Assembly (NCBI GenBank): GCA_003696865.1
Contig: RFHM01000475.1
Span: 1 to 34,542 of the forward strand
DNA from: Acidobacteriota bacterium
GTDB taxonomy: Bacteria > Acidobacteriota > Blastocatellia > HR10 > J050
Direction of reading: 5' to 3'
Length of the DNA: 34,542 nucleotides
Within the stretch, counting starts at the first letter, position 1, and each line of letters opens with the position of its first letter. Of this stretch, positions 14,953-26,822 are shown one piece after another. Made by a program: the position numbers and the translations under genes. The notes under the pieces are model-generated. The model was not told the DNA's origin, made no database searches, and was given only the letters and a program-made list of their open reading frames with translations.

Positions 14953-15029
14953 TGGTGGGCCCTGTAGGACTCGAACCTACAACCCGCTGATTATGAGTCA
15001 GCTGCTCTCACCGATTGAGCTAAGGGCCC
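14953..15029 (-). tRNA. tRNA with CAU anticodon, more likely tRNA-Ile2 (lysidine type) than elongator tRNA-Met
   Basis: Minus-strand sequence GGGCCCTTAGCTCAATCGGTGAGAGCAGCTGACTCATAATCAGCGGGTTGTAGGTTCGAGTCCTACAGGGCCCACCA folds as a cloverleaf. Acceptor stem GGGCCCT/AGGGCCC, D arm GCTC/GAGC, anticodon stem GCTGA/TCAGC with loop CTCATAA, T arm GTAGG-TTCGAGT-CCTAC, encoded CCA. It lacks the three G-C pairs of an initiator anticodon stem. C4-G69 and C5-G68 match the TilS determinants as I remember them. Confidence 0.9.
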
Positions 15030-15103
15030 ACATTCACTAATGTAGGCCAGGGAGTCCAACCTGTCAAGAAAGGCGTCGAGCGTGATGGCATCGGGGATGA
15101 GCG

Positions 15104-15379
15104 CTATGACTCGTAGTCGATGGTATCGACCACGCCCACGATGGTGGCATCGATCGCCGCTCCCGGTCGTCCCGTGGCGGCCACCGATGCTGACCATCCC
15201 TCCTGAACGACCAGCACGCGATCGCCCTCTCCGGCATCAACGGCATCCAGCGCCAGGATGGGGTCCCCTCGATCCGAACCATCCAGATTGATGGGCTGGA
15301 CGATCATGATCCGTGCGCCATGATACCGTTCGTTCTTTTGCGTAGCGACGACATTACCGATGACGCGGGCCAGGATCAT
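15104..15379 (-). CDS. EutN/CcmL-family bacterial microcompartment vertex (BMC-P) protein
   Basis: From ORF 15104..15400. The start is placed at ATG 15379 (MILARVIGNVVATQKNERYHGARIMIVQPINLDG...LALDAVDAGEGDRVLVVQEG...AIDATIVGVVDTID), with GGGAGGG 10 nt upstream. The pattern matches the EutN/CcmL consensus. Confidence 0.8.
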   Translation of the reverse strand: MILARVIGNVVATQKNERYHGARIMIVQPINLDGSDRGDPILALDAVDAGEGDRVLVVQEGWSASVAATGRPGAAIDATIVGVVDTIDYES

Positions 15380-15418
15380 ATCACCATCACCCTCCCTCAT
15401 CTCGTCGGGGATCTCCCC

Positions 15419-15703
15419 TCAACGAGCTTGGTCGCGCCCTTTCACGTGTACTTCATCCACAATCCCCACAATGGTGCAATCCGATGGCACGACATCAGGA
15501 AGGAAGGGATAACTCGCCTCGCGACCTCGACACCAGAAGACGATCTCTCCAGCACCCGCACCAACCGAATCGACGGCGATCATCGGTTTACCCATGGACC
15601 GGCCGTCCAAGGTGATCGGCTGAATGCATAGGAGCTTGCGCCCGACCAGCGAGTCGTTCTTCGCCGTGGCTACAACCCTTCCAATGACTCGTGCCAATCG
15701 CAT
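15419..15703 (-). CDS. EutN/CcmL-family bacterial microcompartment vertex (BMC-P) protein, second paralog
   Basis: 94 aa: [34 protein letters not shown]...[19 protein letters not shown]...[13 protein letters not shown]. Confidence 0.8.
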   Translation of the reverse strand: MRLARVIGRVVATAKNDSLVGRKLLCIQPITLDGRSMGKPMIAVDSVGAGAGEIVFWCRGREASYPFLPDVVPSDCTIVGIVDEVHVKGRDQAR

Positions 15704-15770
15704 ACCAGGGCAAGTGTATCACACGATTGCAAATGTGTCAGCGATTGAGTACATTTGTTCCTCCCGAACT

Positions 15771-17375
<1,605 letters not shown>

Positions 17376-17380
17376 TCACG

Positions 17381-18847
17381 TCATTGATCCCGCAGGCTAG
17401 AACTTGAGAGAAGCGATATGGTCCTCGCGGTGCTCCCTCGCCGTCCCCGCGAATCCTTCGTTCCCACCGCCGACTCTTCTTGAACGGCCACCACGCGGAA
17501 TCCGACCGTCTCGTGCCTGGTATCCGGCGCCAGCTTGAGCCGGACGGCACAGCGCAAGGAACTCGGTCCGTAAAGCCACGCGCCGCCGCGGGCGACTTTC
17601 ATCGTCCCTTCGGGAGCTCCGCGAGGATTACGATGGTGACCACTGCGATAGAAGCTCACATCGTACCAGTCCCAACACCATTCCCACACATTTCCGGCCA
17701 TGTCATATAGCCCGTACCCGTTGGGTGGATAGCTCCCCACGGGCATCGTAGGCACGCCCAACGGAACTTGACCCTCCAGATAACAGGCTCGACCGGATGG
17801 CTCATCCTCGCCCCAGGGATACGTTTTTCCCACCAGGCCGCCCCGGGCCGCATATTCCCATTCGGCTTCCGTCGGCAATCGATACGTCCGCCCGGTCAGC
17901 GTGGCGAGCCACTGACAGTACGCCATGGCATCGTCCCAACTGACCATGACGACCGGATGGTTGGGATAGTTGACGAAATAATGATCCCACTCCTCGGGAT
18001 CGCGGGGATAGGGGTGACCGGTGGCATCACAAAATGCCTTGTACTGTGCATTGGTCACCTCCACCCGCCCGATAGCGAATCCGTCCACGTAGACCTTGTG
18101 CACCGGCTTCTCGTCCTCGCCGCCCGACTCGCTGCCCATGAGGAACCATCCACCGGGCAGTGAGATGAGTTCCGGCACGAGATACCCGTTCACCCGGACG
18201 CCGACCAACTCTCCGGTGCGCAGCAATGGGCGATCGGGACGGCCTTCGTCCAGTCGCACGATCGGGCGCCGGGCGCGTTTGACGTTCGTCGATCGAGCAT
18301 CGGGGCCAAAATCAACGTACAATTCCGTCTCCCGGCCCATTTCCACGACCACCGCTTGTGTGACGGGCTTCCGGTGGGGTAGCTTCACTGTGATCTCGTA
18401 TTTCCCTACCGGCACTTCCAGTCGATAGACCTCACGATCGTACGTCCCCAGCCCTCGGATCTCGATACGGGCATTAGCCGAACGCGATCTCACGCTCAGA
18501 TAGCCGATAGGGCGACCGAGTCTCAGGTGAAGAACGAGACGCTTATCGGGAGTAACGGTGATCGCGCGTTCCACCGGCCGGAACCATTTCTTACGCACCA
18601 GCAAGCGATGGCGTCCCGGTTCGATGCCGGTGAGGCGTAAGCCCGTCCCCCGCTCGGTCACCCCTCGCGAAACACCATCCAGGAGCACCTCTGCCCCCGC
18701 CGGATCGGTGAAGACGACGATCACGCCCCCCGATGGCGTGCGCTCACCTTGACCGGCGAGGACCACGATGAGCGAGACGACCACGACGCCGAGGGTCATG
18801 AACAGAAGGCGACCACTTCCGCTCCACATGTTCCGGTCGTTCATCAT
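17381..18847 (-). CDS. Membrane-anchored PEGA-repeat protein with a C-terminal formylglycine-generating-enzyme (FGE/SUMF1)-like domain
   Basis: 488 aa with an N-terminal TM/signal anchor (LLFMTLGVVVVSLIVVLAG). PEGA-like repeats (GGVIVVFTDPAGAEVLLDG, GYLSVRSRSANARIEI). FGE-fold motifs: GGWFLMGSE...EKPVHKVYVDGFAIGRVEVTNAQYKAF, WEYAARGG, GNVWEWCWDWY, VARGGAW. ATGA overlap with the upstream gene at 18844-18847. Confidence 0.85.
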   Translation of the reverse strand: MMNDRNMWSGSGRLLFMTLGVVVVSLIVVLAGQGERTPSGGVIVVFTDPAGAEVLLDGVSRGVTERGTGLRLTGIEPGRHRLLVRKKWFRPVERAITVTPDKRLVLHLRLGRPIGYLSVRSRSANARIEIRGLGTYDREVYRLEVPVGKYEITVKLPHRKPVTQAVVVEMGRETELYVDFGPDARSTNVKRARRPIVRLDEGRPDRPLLRTGELVGVRVNGYLVPELISLPGGWFLMGSESGGEDEKPVHKVYVDGFAIGRVEVTNAQYKAFCDATGHPYPRDPEEWDHYFVNYPNHPVVMVSWDDAMAYCQWLATLTGRTYRLPTEAEWEYAARGGLVGKTYPWGEDEPSGRACYLEGQVPLGVPTMPVGSYPPNGYGLYDMAGNVWEWCWDWYDVSFYRSGHHRNPRGAPEGTMKVARGGAWLYGPSSLRCAVRLKLAPDTRHETVGFRVVAVQEESAVGTKDSRGRRGSTARTISLLSSSSLRDQ

Positions 18848-19938
18848 CGCTGACGTCGCTTTCGGCGTAACCAGGCTTTCACCGCGGCGGCGATCTCTTG
18901 ACGAGCGGCATCGACGAGATCCTCGATGTCAGGGTCATCGGGAATGTGCCGATCGAGCATGATGTACCGATTGCGCATCTTCACTACCCGACCGGCTTCG
19001 TCCAGATAGATACGCAATTCGCCGAGTTGTTTGGTCTGCGGATCGGCATACACCAGGGAGCCGTGCTCGCCTCGATAGCGACGGCGCCATCGAGCGCGAG
19101 GGGCGATGACCACATCGATCTCGGGATTGAGATCCAACAATTTGAAGGCCGTCTCCTCCGAGACGTAGGCCAGCACGATGAGGAAATCACATTGGGCGCG
19201 CGCCTCCAGAATAGCCCGCCGAGAAGCCACCAACGGATCATCGACGCGAAAGGCAGCAGAAGGATGAGTCCGTTGCGGAGGCGGATCGGTCACGCCGACG
19301 ATGCCCACGCGCCACAGGCGTTCTCCACGCTCTCCCGGCGGGAAGCGATCGCCTCGTAACAGCTTGATGATGTACGGCGCGGGCGCTGCCCAGCGCGAGT
19401 CCACAGCCCGAACGTTGGCCGAGATGAATCCCTCCAGCACCGGATAGCGATCCAGCCAGGCGCGATACCTCTCCGGCGCGAACAGCCATTCGGCATAAGC
19501 GAGATCGCGATAGGAGAGATTCGCCGCATCGTGAGCGATTTGCTGATAGCCTTCCACTACCCACTTGTTGCGGACCATCGCTTCGGGCGTGAGCACTCCG
19601 TCGGTCGTCACCTTGTCGGCGAAGAAGTGTCCCACGTCGAGCTTGAGCACCGGAATGCCCTGGAATCGCGCCTGGAACTCGTGAATGTAGCCGGCACGCC
19701 GTGCCAGCCCCCCCGACGGGTTCGACGGTCAGCCACAAGGCTCGAGATTCCCCCCGATATCGCTGCCGTAGAACAGCACGCAGGCGAATCCATCATCCAC
19801 ACCGAACCGCTGAAGCGGCATGGACGGCCATTGCTCCCATTCTCCCCCAAGTTGGGGATGCCAGCGTCCCATCAGCAAACTGATGCCCAAGGCCATCAGG
19901 CATAATCGACGCCATCGCTGAACTCGCTTCACGCGCAT
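18844..19938 (-). CDS. Secreted UshA/5'-nucleotidase-like (degenerate metallophosphoesterase-like) protein carrying one in-frame TGA at 19729-19731; selenocysteine candidate or pseudogene
   Basis: ORFs 19729..19938 and 18844..19650 are in the same frame (both starts are 0 mod 3), and no other stop lies between them. Joined reading: MRVKRVQRWRRLCLMALGISLLMG (signal peptide)...ACVLFYGSDIGGNLEPCG-TGA-PSNPSGGLARRAGYIHEFQARFQGIPVLKLDVGHFFADK... The GGLARRA and LKLDVGH blocks resemble the 5'-nucleotidase family N-terminal layout, but the usual D-x-H and GD metal ligands are replaced. Family assignment is low confidence. Confidence 0.5.
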
Positions 19939-20055
19939 AGCTCTCCAATTCCTCGTACCAAGGATCTCCTCGTCGCATGAATGCTATCAAATACGGTCAC
20001 CCTCGATCAACCGTCATTCCCATGAACCGACGGCGACCGCTGAGCACTCATTCCC

Positions 20056-22056
20056 TCAACACTCCGGCCCGACCTCGGCGAAGCGCAATACATCCCGCTG
20101 AGGATCAATATGCTCGATCCTCACACGCACGCGCTCGCCCCATTCATGTTTGATTCCCGTCGACAGGTGACCGCGGAGAAAAAAGTCGGTCAACTCCACT
20201 ACATATCCGCCGTCGCTGGATTCGATGACGATGGCTTCGAACGTCTCCTGTCGACGCTCGTCGGCCAGATATCGAAGCACCCAGAAGCGCGTCGATTGTC
20301 GCTCGATGGCCCGCATCTCGCGCTCGGTCGATTCTGCTGTGGCCAAAACGCGTAAGAGTTCCTCTGGCTGATAAGGGAGCGGTTGATCGGCCAGATAGGC
20401 CACCAACTGCCGCTGAATGATGACATCGGCGAATCGGCGAATGGGAGAGGTGAGTTGCGTGTACACGTCCAATCCCAGACCGGCGTGCGGCTGTGGAGAG
20501 AGGGAGAGCCGAGATCGTTTCATCCCTTTGAGGACCCGACTCATCCGGATGGGATCGTATTCGATGATGTGACCGGCGAATTCGGACTCGTGCCGCGGTG
20601 GATCTTGAGTGCGAAAAATGATCGGCACTCCCTGTCGGGCGGCATGCTGGGCGGCCAATCGATTGGCCAAGATCATGAACTCGCCGACGAGCTGGCGACT
20701 GGGCGAACGAGGATCGATCACTTTCATCGCGATGCGACCATCTCTCACCCGAACCTTCAACTCGGGACGGCGGATCACGATGGCCCCTTGTTTCAATCGC
20801 TCGGCGAGCAACTGCTGAGCGATCTCATGAAGCCGTCGCACAGGCTCGGCCACCTCATCATCCGCCGGCGAGCGAAGCAATCGATCCGCTTCCGCATAGC
20901 TGAGTCGACGGGTGACGACGATCTGTCCCCGGGAGAGTTGCCAATCGACCACTCGTCCGGTGGCATCAAATGCGATCTCGAAGCTCATCGTCGGGCGCCA
21001 ATCGCCCTGATTCAGGCTGGCCAATTCATAGGCCAATCGCGGCGGGAACATCGACACGGTGCGCGTTGGCATGTAGATGGACGCGCCGCGCCGATGGGCT
21101 TCCTCGTCGAGCGGATCCCCTTTGGTCACAAAGTGGGCGACGTCGGCGATGTGCACGCCGACGATCAGACGATCGCCGTGCACCCGAACGGTCAAGGCAT
21201 CGTCGATTTCGCGCGTCTCCTCATCGTCGATGCTGAACGAGAGGAGCGAGGAGAAATCGCGACGTCCCGGCTCCGGCCGGAAGGGGGCGAGGTGCTCGGC
21301 CCGCTCCAGCACCCTACGAGGGAATCGTTCCTCGATACCCGCAATGACCAGCAGTGGATCGGCATCGGGATCCAATCGACCCGTCTTCAATAACAGCTCG
21401 AAGGCCACCTCCTTGGCCGTCGATTCCTCGCTCACCTCGTTCAACAGGTGAACGACCTCGTTGGACTTCCGGCGCAGCAAGTAATCTTCCACCTGATGAA
21501 TCAGGCTCACCATATCGGCGGGCACCTCGACGATGTCATCGGCCTGCAAGACGCCTCGCATCCAGTCGAGCGCTTGCTGGCGGAGCGCTTGTTTCTCTCG
21601 CCGCCGGCGAATGGCCAGGAGTTGCTCGGAGACGTGCTGCTCGGAGCGAGGGATGAAGATGAGGCCTTTTCGCTTGAAGTGGAGAGCATCTTTCAACAGA
21701 GCGCGGAACAGCGCCGACACCCGGACGGGATCGCGATTGGCGAAATAGTGTTCGACGAGTTCCTCGATGCGATACTCGCGAAGGTCATCGCGAACCGTTT
21801 CCCACAAGAGTTCGGTGTCCACCTCTTCCTGGATCGGTTGAATGCGAGCCCGTAACTGCTGGACGACCTCGGGGAATTCGGCAGGATCCGGCTTGGCCGC
21901 ATGCACGGTGATCACCTGATGCGCCGAGATGCGATCATGTCTGCCTCGTTCATCGATGATCTGCAACTTCTCTCCTGCGTGGCGCACGACCAAGGCGAAT
22001 CGTACGCCCCCGGCTCCGAGATATTCGATGATTCGCCCCTGGTAATCGACCATCAC
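20056..22056 (-). CDS. RNase II/RNase R-family 3'-5' exoribonuclease (RNB domain plus C-terminal S1-like domain)
   Basis: 666 aa. RNB motifs: SIDDEETREIDDALTV, VHIADVAHFV, ASIYMPTRTVSMFP, HAGLGLDVYTQLTSPIRRFADVIIQRQL. The C-terminus is an S1-like barrel (FEAIVIESSDGGYVVELTDFFLRGHL). Confidence 0.9.
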   Translation of the reverse strand: MMVDYQGRIIEYLGAGGVRFALVVRHAGEKLQIIDERGRHDRISAHQVITVHAAKPDPAEFPEVVQQLRARIQPIQEEVDTELLWETVRDDLREYRIEELVEHYFANRDPVRVSALFRALLKDALHFKRKGLIFIPRSEQHVSEQLLAIRRRREKQALRQQALDWMRGVLQADDIVEVPADMVSLIHQVEDYLLRRKSNEVVHLLNEVSEESTAKEVAFELLLKTGRLDPDADPLLVIAGIEERFPRRVLERAEHLAPFRPEPGRRDFSSLLSFSIDDEETREIDDALTVRVHGDRLIVGVHIADVAHFVTKGDPLDEEAHRRGASIYMPTRTVSMFPPRLAYELASLNQGDWRPTMSFEIAFDATGRVVDWQLSRGQIVVTRRLSYAEADRLLRSPADDEVAEPVRRLHEIAQQLLAERLKQGAIVIRRPELKVRVRDGRIAMKVIDPRSPSRQLVGEFMILANRLAAQHAARQGVPIIFRTQDPPRHESEFAGHIIEYDPIRMSRVLKGMKRSRLSLSPQPHAGLGLDVYTQLTSPIRRFADVIIQRQLVAYLADQPLPYQPEELLRVLATAESTEREMRAIERQSTRFWVLRYLADERRQETFEAIVIESSDGGYVVELTDFFLRGHLSTGIKHEWGERVRVRIEHIDPQRDVLRFAEVGPEC

Positions 22057-22275
22057 TCAACCAGGCCTATCGCCTGCCATGCCGAGCGGAAATACGGACT
22101 TCTCCCCAGTGCAAGAGGCGATTCCGAAGGACAAAAAACGATATGCGCCAACGCGCCCGACGAGCCGCAGAGAGGCTTCTCGGGATGGATGTCGCCCACC
22201 TCGCTCAGCTCTCTCTGCGCGTTCCGCATTCTGGGTTTCTTCATGCCCATCACCTCGCATCGTGCGTCTCCGACC

Positions 22276-23100
22276 TCAGGGCGTCCCATCTCGTCGCTCG
22301 GTCTTCCCCTCACCGGGCGTCCGTCCCGACTTCACGATCTCGGCCATCTGCCGCAGCGTCCGCCCGAGCGAGCGCGCGAACAGTTCGATCAGCGGTTGCG
22401 TCGCCATCTGGAATCCGGCGAGCAATCCTTGATAATAAGCTTCGGTATCGTCCTCGTCCACAATGATGGGCGGATATCCGGCACGCAGCGTATAGATGCT
22501 GGCCGCCAATCGAGTAATCCGCCCACTGGCCTTGCCGAACGGTTGAAGCTCATAGAGCCGCACGTGCACCAGCACGGCCTGCTCCACCGGATGGAGTTCG
22601 CGCACGCTATCGGCGGTGAACCACTCCATGGCCACATCCACCAGACGAGGCACCTCCCGCGGTTGAGCCGGAACATGATGAGGATAGAGGGGATTCACCT
22701 CCATGGACCGAAAGGTACCGGCCGTCTCATCGTCCTCGCCCAGGGCCAGGCGATGAAGATGTCGGAGGAGATCCGTGGTCAGTTCAATGGTGGACATGCC
22801 GTCCTGCGTCTCGGTCGAGGTGACCAGTTGGCTCACTCGCTCAACGGCTTGACGATAATTGAGCGCGAGCCGCTCTTCCGAAGTCTCCGGGGTGTCGCCC
22901 CGAAGAACCACCTCCTCGATCCGCTTCCTGGTCAGCTTGATCCCATCCAGTCGAAGGTCGTGAAAGACATGCTCGATGAGCAGCCAGGCGGCCACCTCGG
23001 CGAGGATCTCCTCATCGAGCGGCTGGAGTTCCTCGAAATCTCTCCGAGCGCGCTCCAACGCCGAAGCCCACGGAGGTTGTGATTGCAAGATGTTGAACAT
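22276..23100 (-). CDS. Fic/DOC-fold protein with a degenerate active-site motif
   Basis: 274 aa. LHPVEQAVLVHVRLYELQPFGKASGRITRLAASIYTLRAGYPPI aligns to the Fic core (hP...A...H..f..IHPFxDGNGRxxR), but the motif reads QPFGKASGRITR. That replaces His with Gln, Asp/Glu with Lys, Gly with Ala and Asn with Ser. Confidence 0.6.
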   Translation of the reverse strand: MFNILQSQPPWASALERARRDFEELQPLDEEILAEVAAWLLIEHVFHDLRLDGIKLTRKRIEEVVLRGDTPETSEERLALNYRQAVERVSQLVTSTETQDGMSTIELTTDLLRHLHRLALGEDDETAGTFRSMEVNPLYPHHVPAQPREVPRLVDVAMEWFTADSVRELHPVEQAVLVHVRLYELQPFGKASGRITRLAASIYTLRAGYPPIIVDEDDTEAYYQGLLAGFQMATQPLIELFARSLGRTLRQMAEIVKSGRTPGEGKTERRDGTP

Positions 23101-23163
23101 GGTGATGCGCGATCAATGCCCGTCGATCGATCTCGACTTTCGGCGCGTCTCGCTCCCCAACAT

Positions 23164-24045
23164 TCATTCCTCCAGCCGGAGATTCTTCAAATACCGGCGG
23201 AAATCCCGGCTGATATCCGCATGTTTGAGGGCAAACTCGACGGTGGCTTGAAGGAATCCCAGCTTATCGCCACAATCGTAGCGACGCCCTTTGAACTGAT
23301 ACCCGTAAAAGGGGCGTTTCTGGGCCAGCGCCCGCATGGCATCGGTCAGTTGGATCTCGCCCCGAATATCGGGCTGAGTGCGTTCCAGTTCCGCGAAGAT
23401 ATCCGGCGTGAGGATGTATCGTCCGATGATGGCCAGATTGGAAGGAGCCTCTTCGGGTCGGGGCTTCTCCACCATATCCGAGACGCGATAGACGCCCGGT
23501 TCCACCGGCTCGGCGCGGATCACCCCGAATCGCGAGATCTCCGGACCGTCAATCGGCATGACGCCCACCACCGGCGCCCGATAGCGCTCGAAAATATCGA
23601 TCATCTGCTTCAAACAGGGGACATCGGCGTCGATGATGTCGTCTCCCAGCAATACGGCGAAAGGTTCATCGTCGACCCAATCCCGCGCCACCAGAACGGC
23701 GTGCCCTAATCCCAACGCCTTTTTTTTTTTTTTTTAGGCGAACTGAGTCAGCTCCGAGATCCGGCGAATCTCGTCCAACTCCTTGAGCTTACCGCGCTCC
23801 TGGAGCATATGCTCCAGCTCATAGGAGATGTCGAAATGATCTTCGATGGCATTCTTCCCCCGACCTGTGATGATGATGATCTGTTCGATGCCACTGGCCA
23901 ATGTCTCCTCGACGACATACTGAATGAGCGGCTTGTCCACCAACGGGAGCATCTCCTTGGGCTGCGCCTTGGTGGCGGGCAGGAATCGCGTCCCCAGACC
24001 GGCGGCGGGAAAGACGGCTTTGCGAATCCTATTCTCACTCATCAT
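23164..24045 (-). pseudogene. galU: UTP--glucose-1-phosphate uridylyltransferase interrupted in frame by a TAA inside an A16 tract (coding strand)
   Basis: N-terminal half, ORF 23734..24045: [39 protein letters not shown]... C-terminal half, ORF 23164..23715: (L)GLGHAVLVARDWVDDEPFAVLLGDD...VEKPRPEEAPSNLAIIGRYILTPDIF...EIQLTDAM. Both halves are in the same frame (both starts are 0 mod 3). The junction reads ...LTQFA-TAA-AAA-AAA-AAA-AAA-AAG-ALGLGHAV. Confidence 0.85.
23720..23735. repeat. 16-nt homopolymer (T16 on the plus strand, A16 on the galU coding strand) flanked by the 5-bp inverted repeat CGCC(T)/(A)GGCG
   Basis: Counted directly: t at 23720, ten t at 23721-23730, five t at 23731-23735. 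It is exceptional in this GC-rich window. Confidence 0.95.
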
Positions 24046-24129
24046 ATCCTCTCATCGGTCCTCGTGCTTGACAGTCTCCATGACTTCGATTAGGTTATCC
24101 TATTTTCTAGCACACGCATCGAAGGATGA

Positions 24130-25467
<1,338 letters not shown>

Positions 25468-25516
25468 CCTCCCGAACGACCTCCTCACCGAGCCCCGAAG
25501 AAAGCCCGCCGCATCA

Positions 25517-25545
25517 TTGACCCCGACCAGCCCATCTGATACGAT
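25517..25545 (+). promoter_or_regulatory. Candidate sigma-70-type promoter upstream of the secreted-protein gene
   Basis: TTGACC (25517-25522), a 17-nt spacer, then TACGAT (25540-25545), about 117 nt upstream of ATG 25663. Pattern match only. Confidence 0.3.
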
Positions 25546-25662
25546 GACCAAGCCCGGTTCGAATACCATTCAGGGATGAGGAGCGAGATCGTGGCGACGG
25601 GTCCGAAGGCGGCCATCGTTCAACGTCTCGTTCTGTCATCTCGACTCTGAGGAGGAGAGCTT

Positions 25663-26811
25663 ATGAAGAAAGCATCCTGGTTCATCGTGATGAGTGCATT
25701 GGTCCTGGTCACTTCGGGGGTTCTCGCTCAAGGCGTCATCATCGATCAGGTGGTGACCGCTCGGCAAATCGCCGATGCCAACGGCTCGGATGTCGCCCGA
25801 CCCGATGAGGTGACGGCGACGGCCGACGGTCGCTTTGTGATCACCGATACGTCGGACAGCGCCAACGAGCGGGTTTATCTCATCGATCCCTCGACCGATC
25901 CGCCCACATTCACTCTGGTGACCGATGCCAACGCGCTGAAGGCGAAAGTAGATGCTGTCAATGGAGCCGCGCCGGCTCCCAGCACGCTCACCATTCAAGC
26001 GCTCGGCGTGGATGAAGATGGACAGATCATCATCGCCAGCGATTTCAGCGGCGATGAGATGGGATTGATCTTCCGCGTGAACCCCGAAACGGGAGAGACG
26101 AAGTTGCTGGCCGGCCTGGACGGCCCACCTCTGGAAACCTCGGTGGAAGGGATCTCCACCATCGGCGTTCGCGGACGGACCGTCTACGTGGTTCTGGAAG
26201 CCAACTTTGGCGCCATCAATGGCGATACCGTGGTCACCGTCAGCGTGGACGCTCCCGACGGCGGGCAGACGCCGGCCGAAGAACTCGTCTCCGAAGACGC
26301 CTTCCGCGAGATCGAAGGATTTCTCGATCCGCTCGCTTTCCGATTCATTGGATTCCTGCCCAACGGCCACCTCGTTCTCGCCGATAGCGCTTCCCGAGAT
26401 GCCTCTGATGATCTGCTGGAAATCGATACCACCACGGGAGCCGTCTCGTTGCTGGTGGCGGCTACGGACATCGAGGCCGATCTAGGGACCGATGATATCG
26501 GCCCCAACGGCGGAGGCGTCGATCCCGACGGGACGATCTATCTGACGAATGCGTTCGGCGTGGGAGAAACCGATGACGGCGTGATCGTCATTCGGAATGC
26601 CGGGGGCGGCACGGGCGAGGCATCCCTCCTGGCCTCCGAGAGCGAGATCATCGCTTCTCCGAACATCTTCGATATCGATGGGAATCCGCTCACCGGTCTG
26701 CGCATTCAAAACAGTGGTGCCGTATCGCCGGGACAGGGCACCATCGTGTTTGTCGATGGGCATTGCGATTGTCTCATTCGCGTCGCCGAAGTGATGCCCA
26801 ATGGATATTGA
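25663..26811 (+). CDS. Secreted hypothetical protein with repeated beta-strand-rich modules (possible beta-propeller)
   Basis: 382 aa. Signal peptide MKKASWFIVMSALVLVTSGVLAQG. SD GAGGAGGAG lies upstream. Recurrent modules (VITDTSDSANERVYLIDPST, IIIASDFSGDEMGLIFRVNPETGE, LVLADSASRDASDDLLEIDTTTGA, IYLTNAFGVGETDDGVIVI, IVFVDGHCDCLIRV). Family not recognised. Confidence 0.6.
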   Translation: MKKASWFIVMSALVLVTSGVLAQGVIIDQVVTARQIADANGSDVARPDEVTATADGRFVITDTSDSANERVYLIDPSTDPPTFTLVTDANALKAKVDAVNGAAPAPSTLTIQALGVDEDGQIIIASDFSGDEMGLIFRVNPETGETKLLAGLDGPPLETSVEGISTIGVRGRTVYVVLEANFGAINGDTVVTVSVDAPDGGQTPAEELVSEDAFREIEGFLDPLAFRFIGFLPNGHLVLADSASRDASDDLLEIDTTTGAVSLLVAATDIEADLGTDDIGPNGGGVDPDGTIYLTNAFGVGETDDGVIVIRNAGGGTGEASLLASESEIIASPNIFDIDGNPLTGLRIQNSGAVSPGQGTIVFVDGHCDCLIRVAEVMPNGY

Positions 26812-26822
26812 TGGCAACGTGG

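Noticed and set aside
20383-23082. Plus-strand ORFs 20383..21393 (336 aa) and 21901..23082 (393 aa)
   Set aside because: They are antisense to the RNase II/R-family and Fic-fold genes, with no motifs and a skewed composition.
23698-23735. The T16 run with its preceding weak stem, read as a genuine plus-strand intrinsic terminator
   Set aside because: No plus-strand gene lies upstream to terminate. The stem is only 5 bp with a 12-nt loop, and it lies inside the galU reading frame. It is reported as an anomaly, not a terminator.
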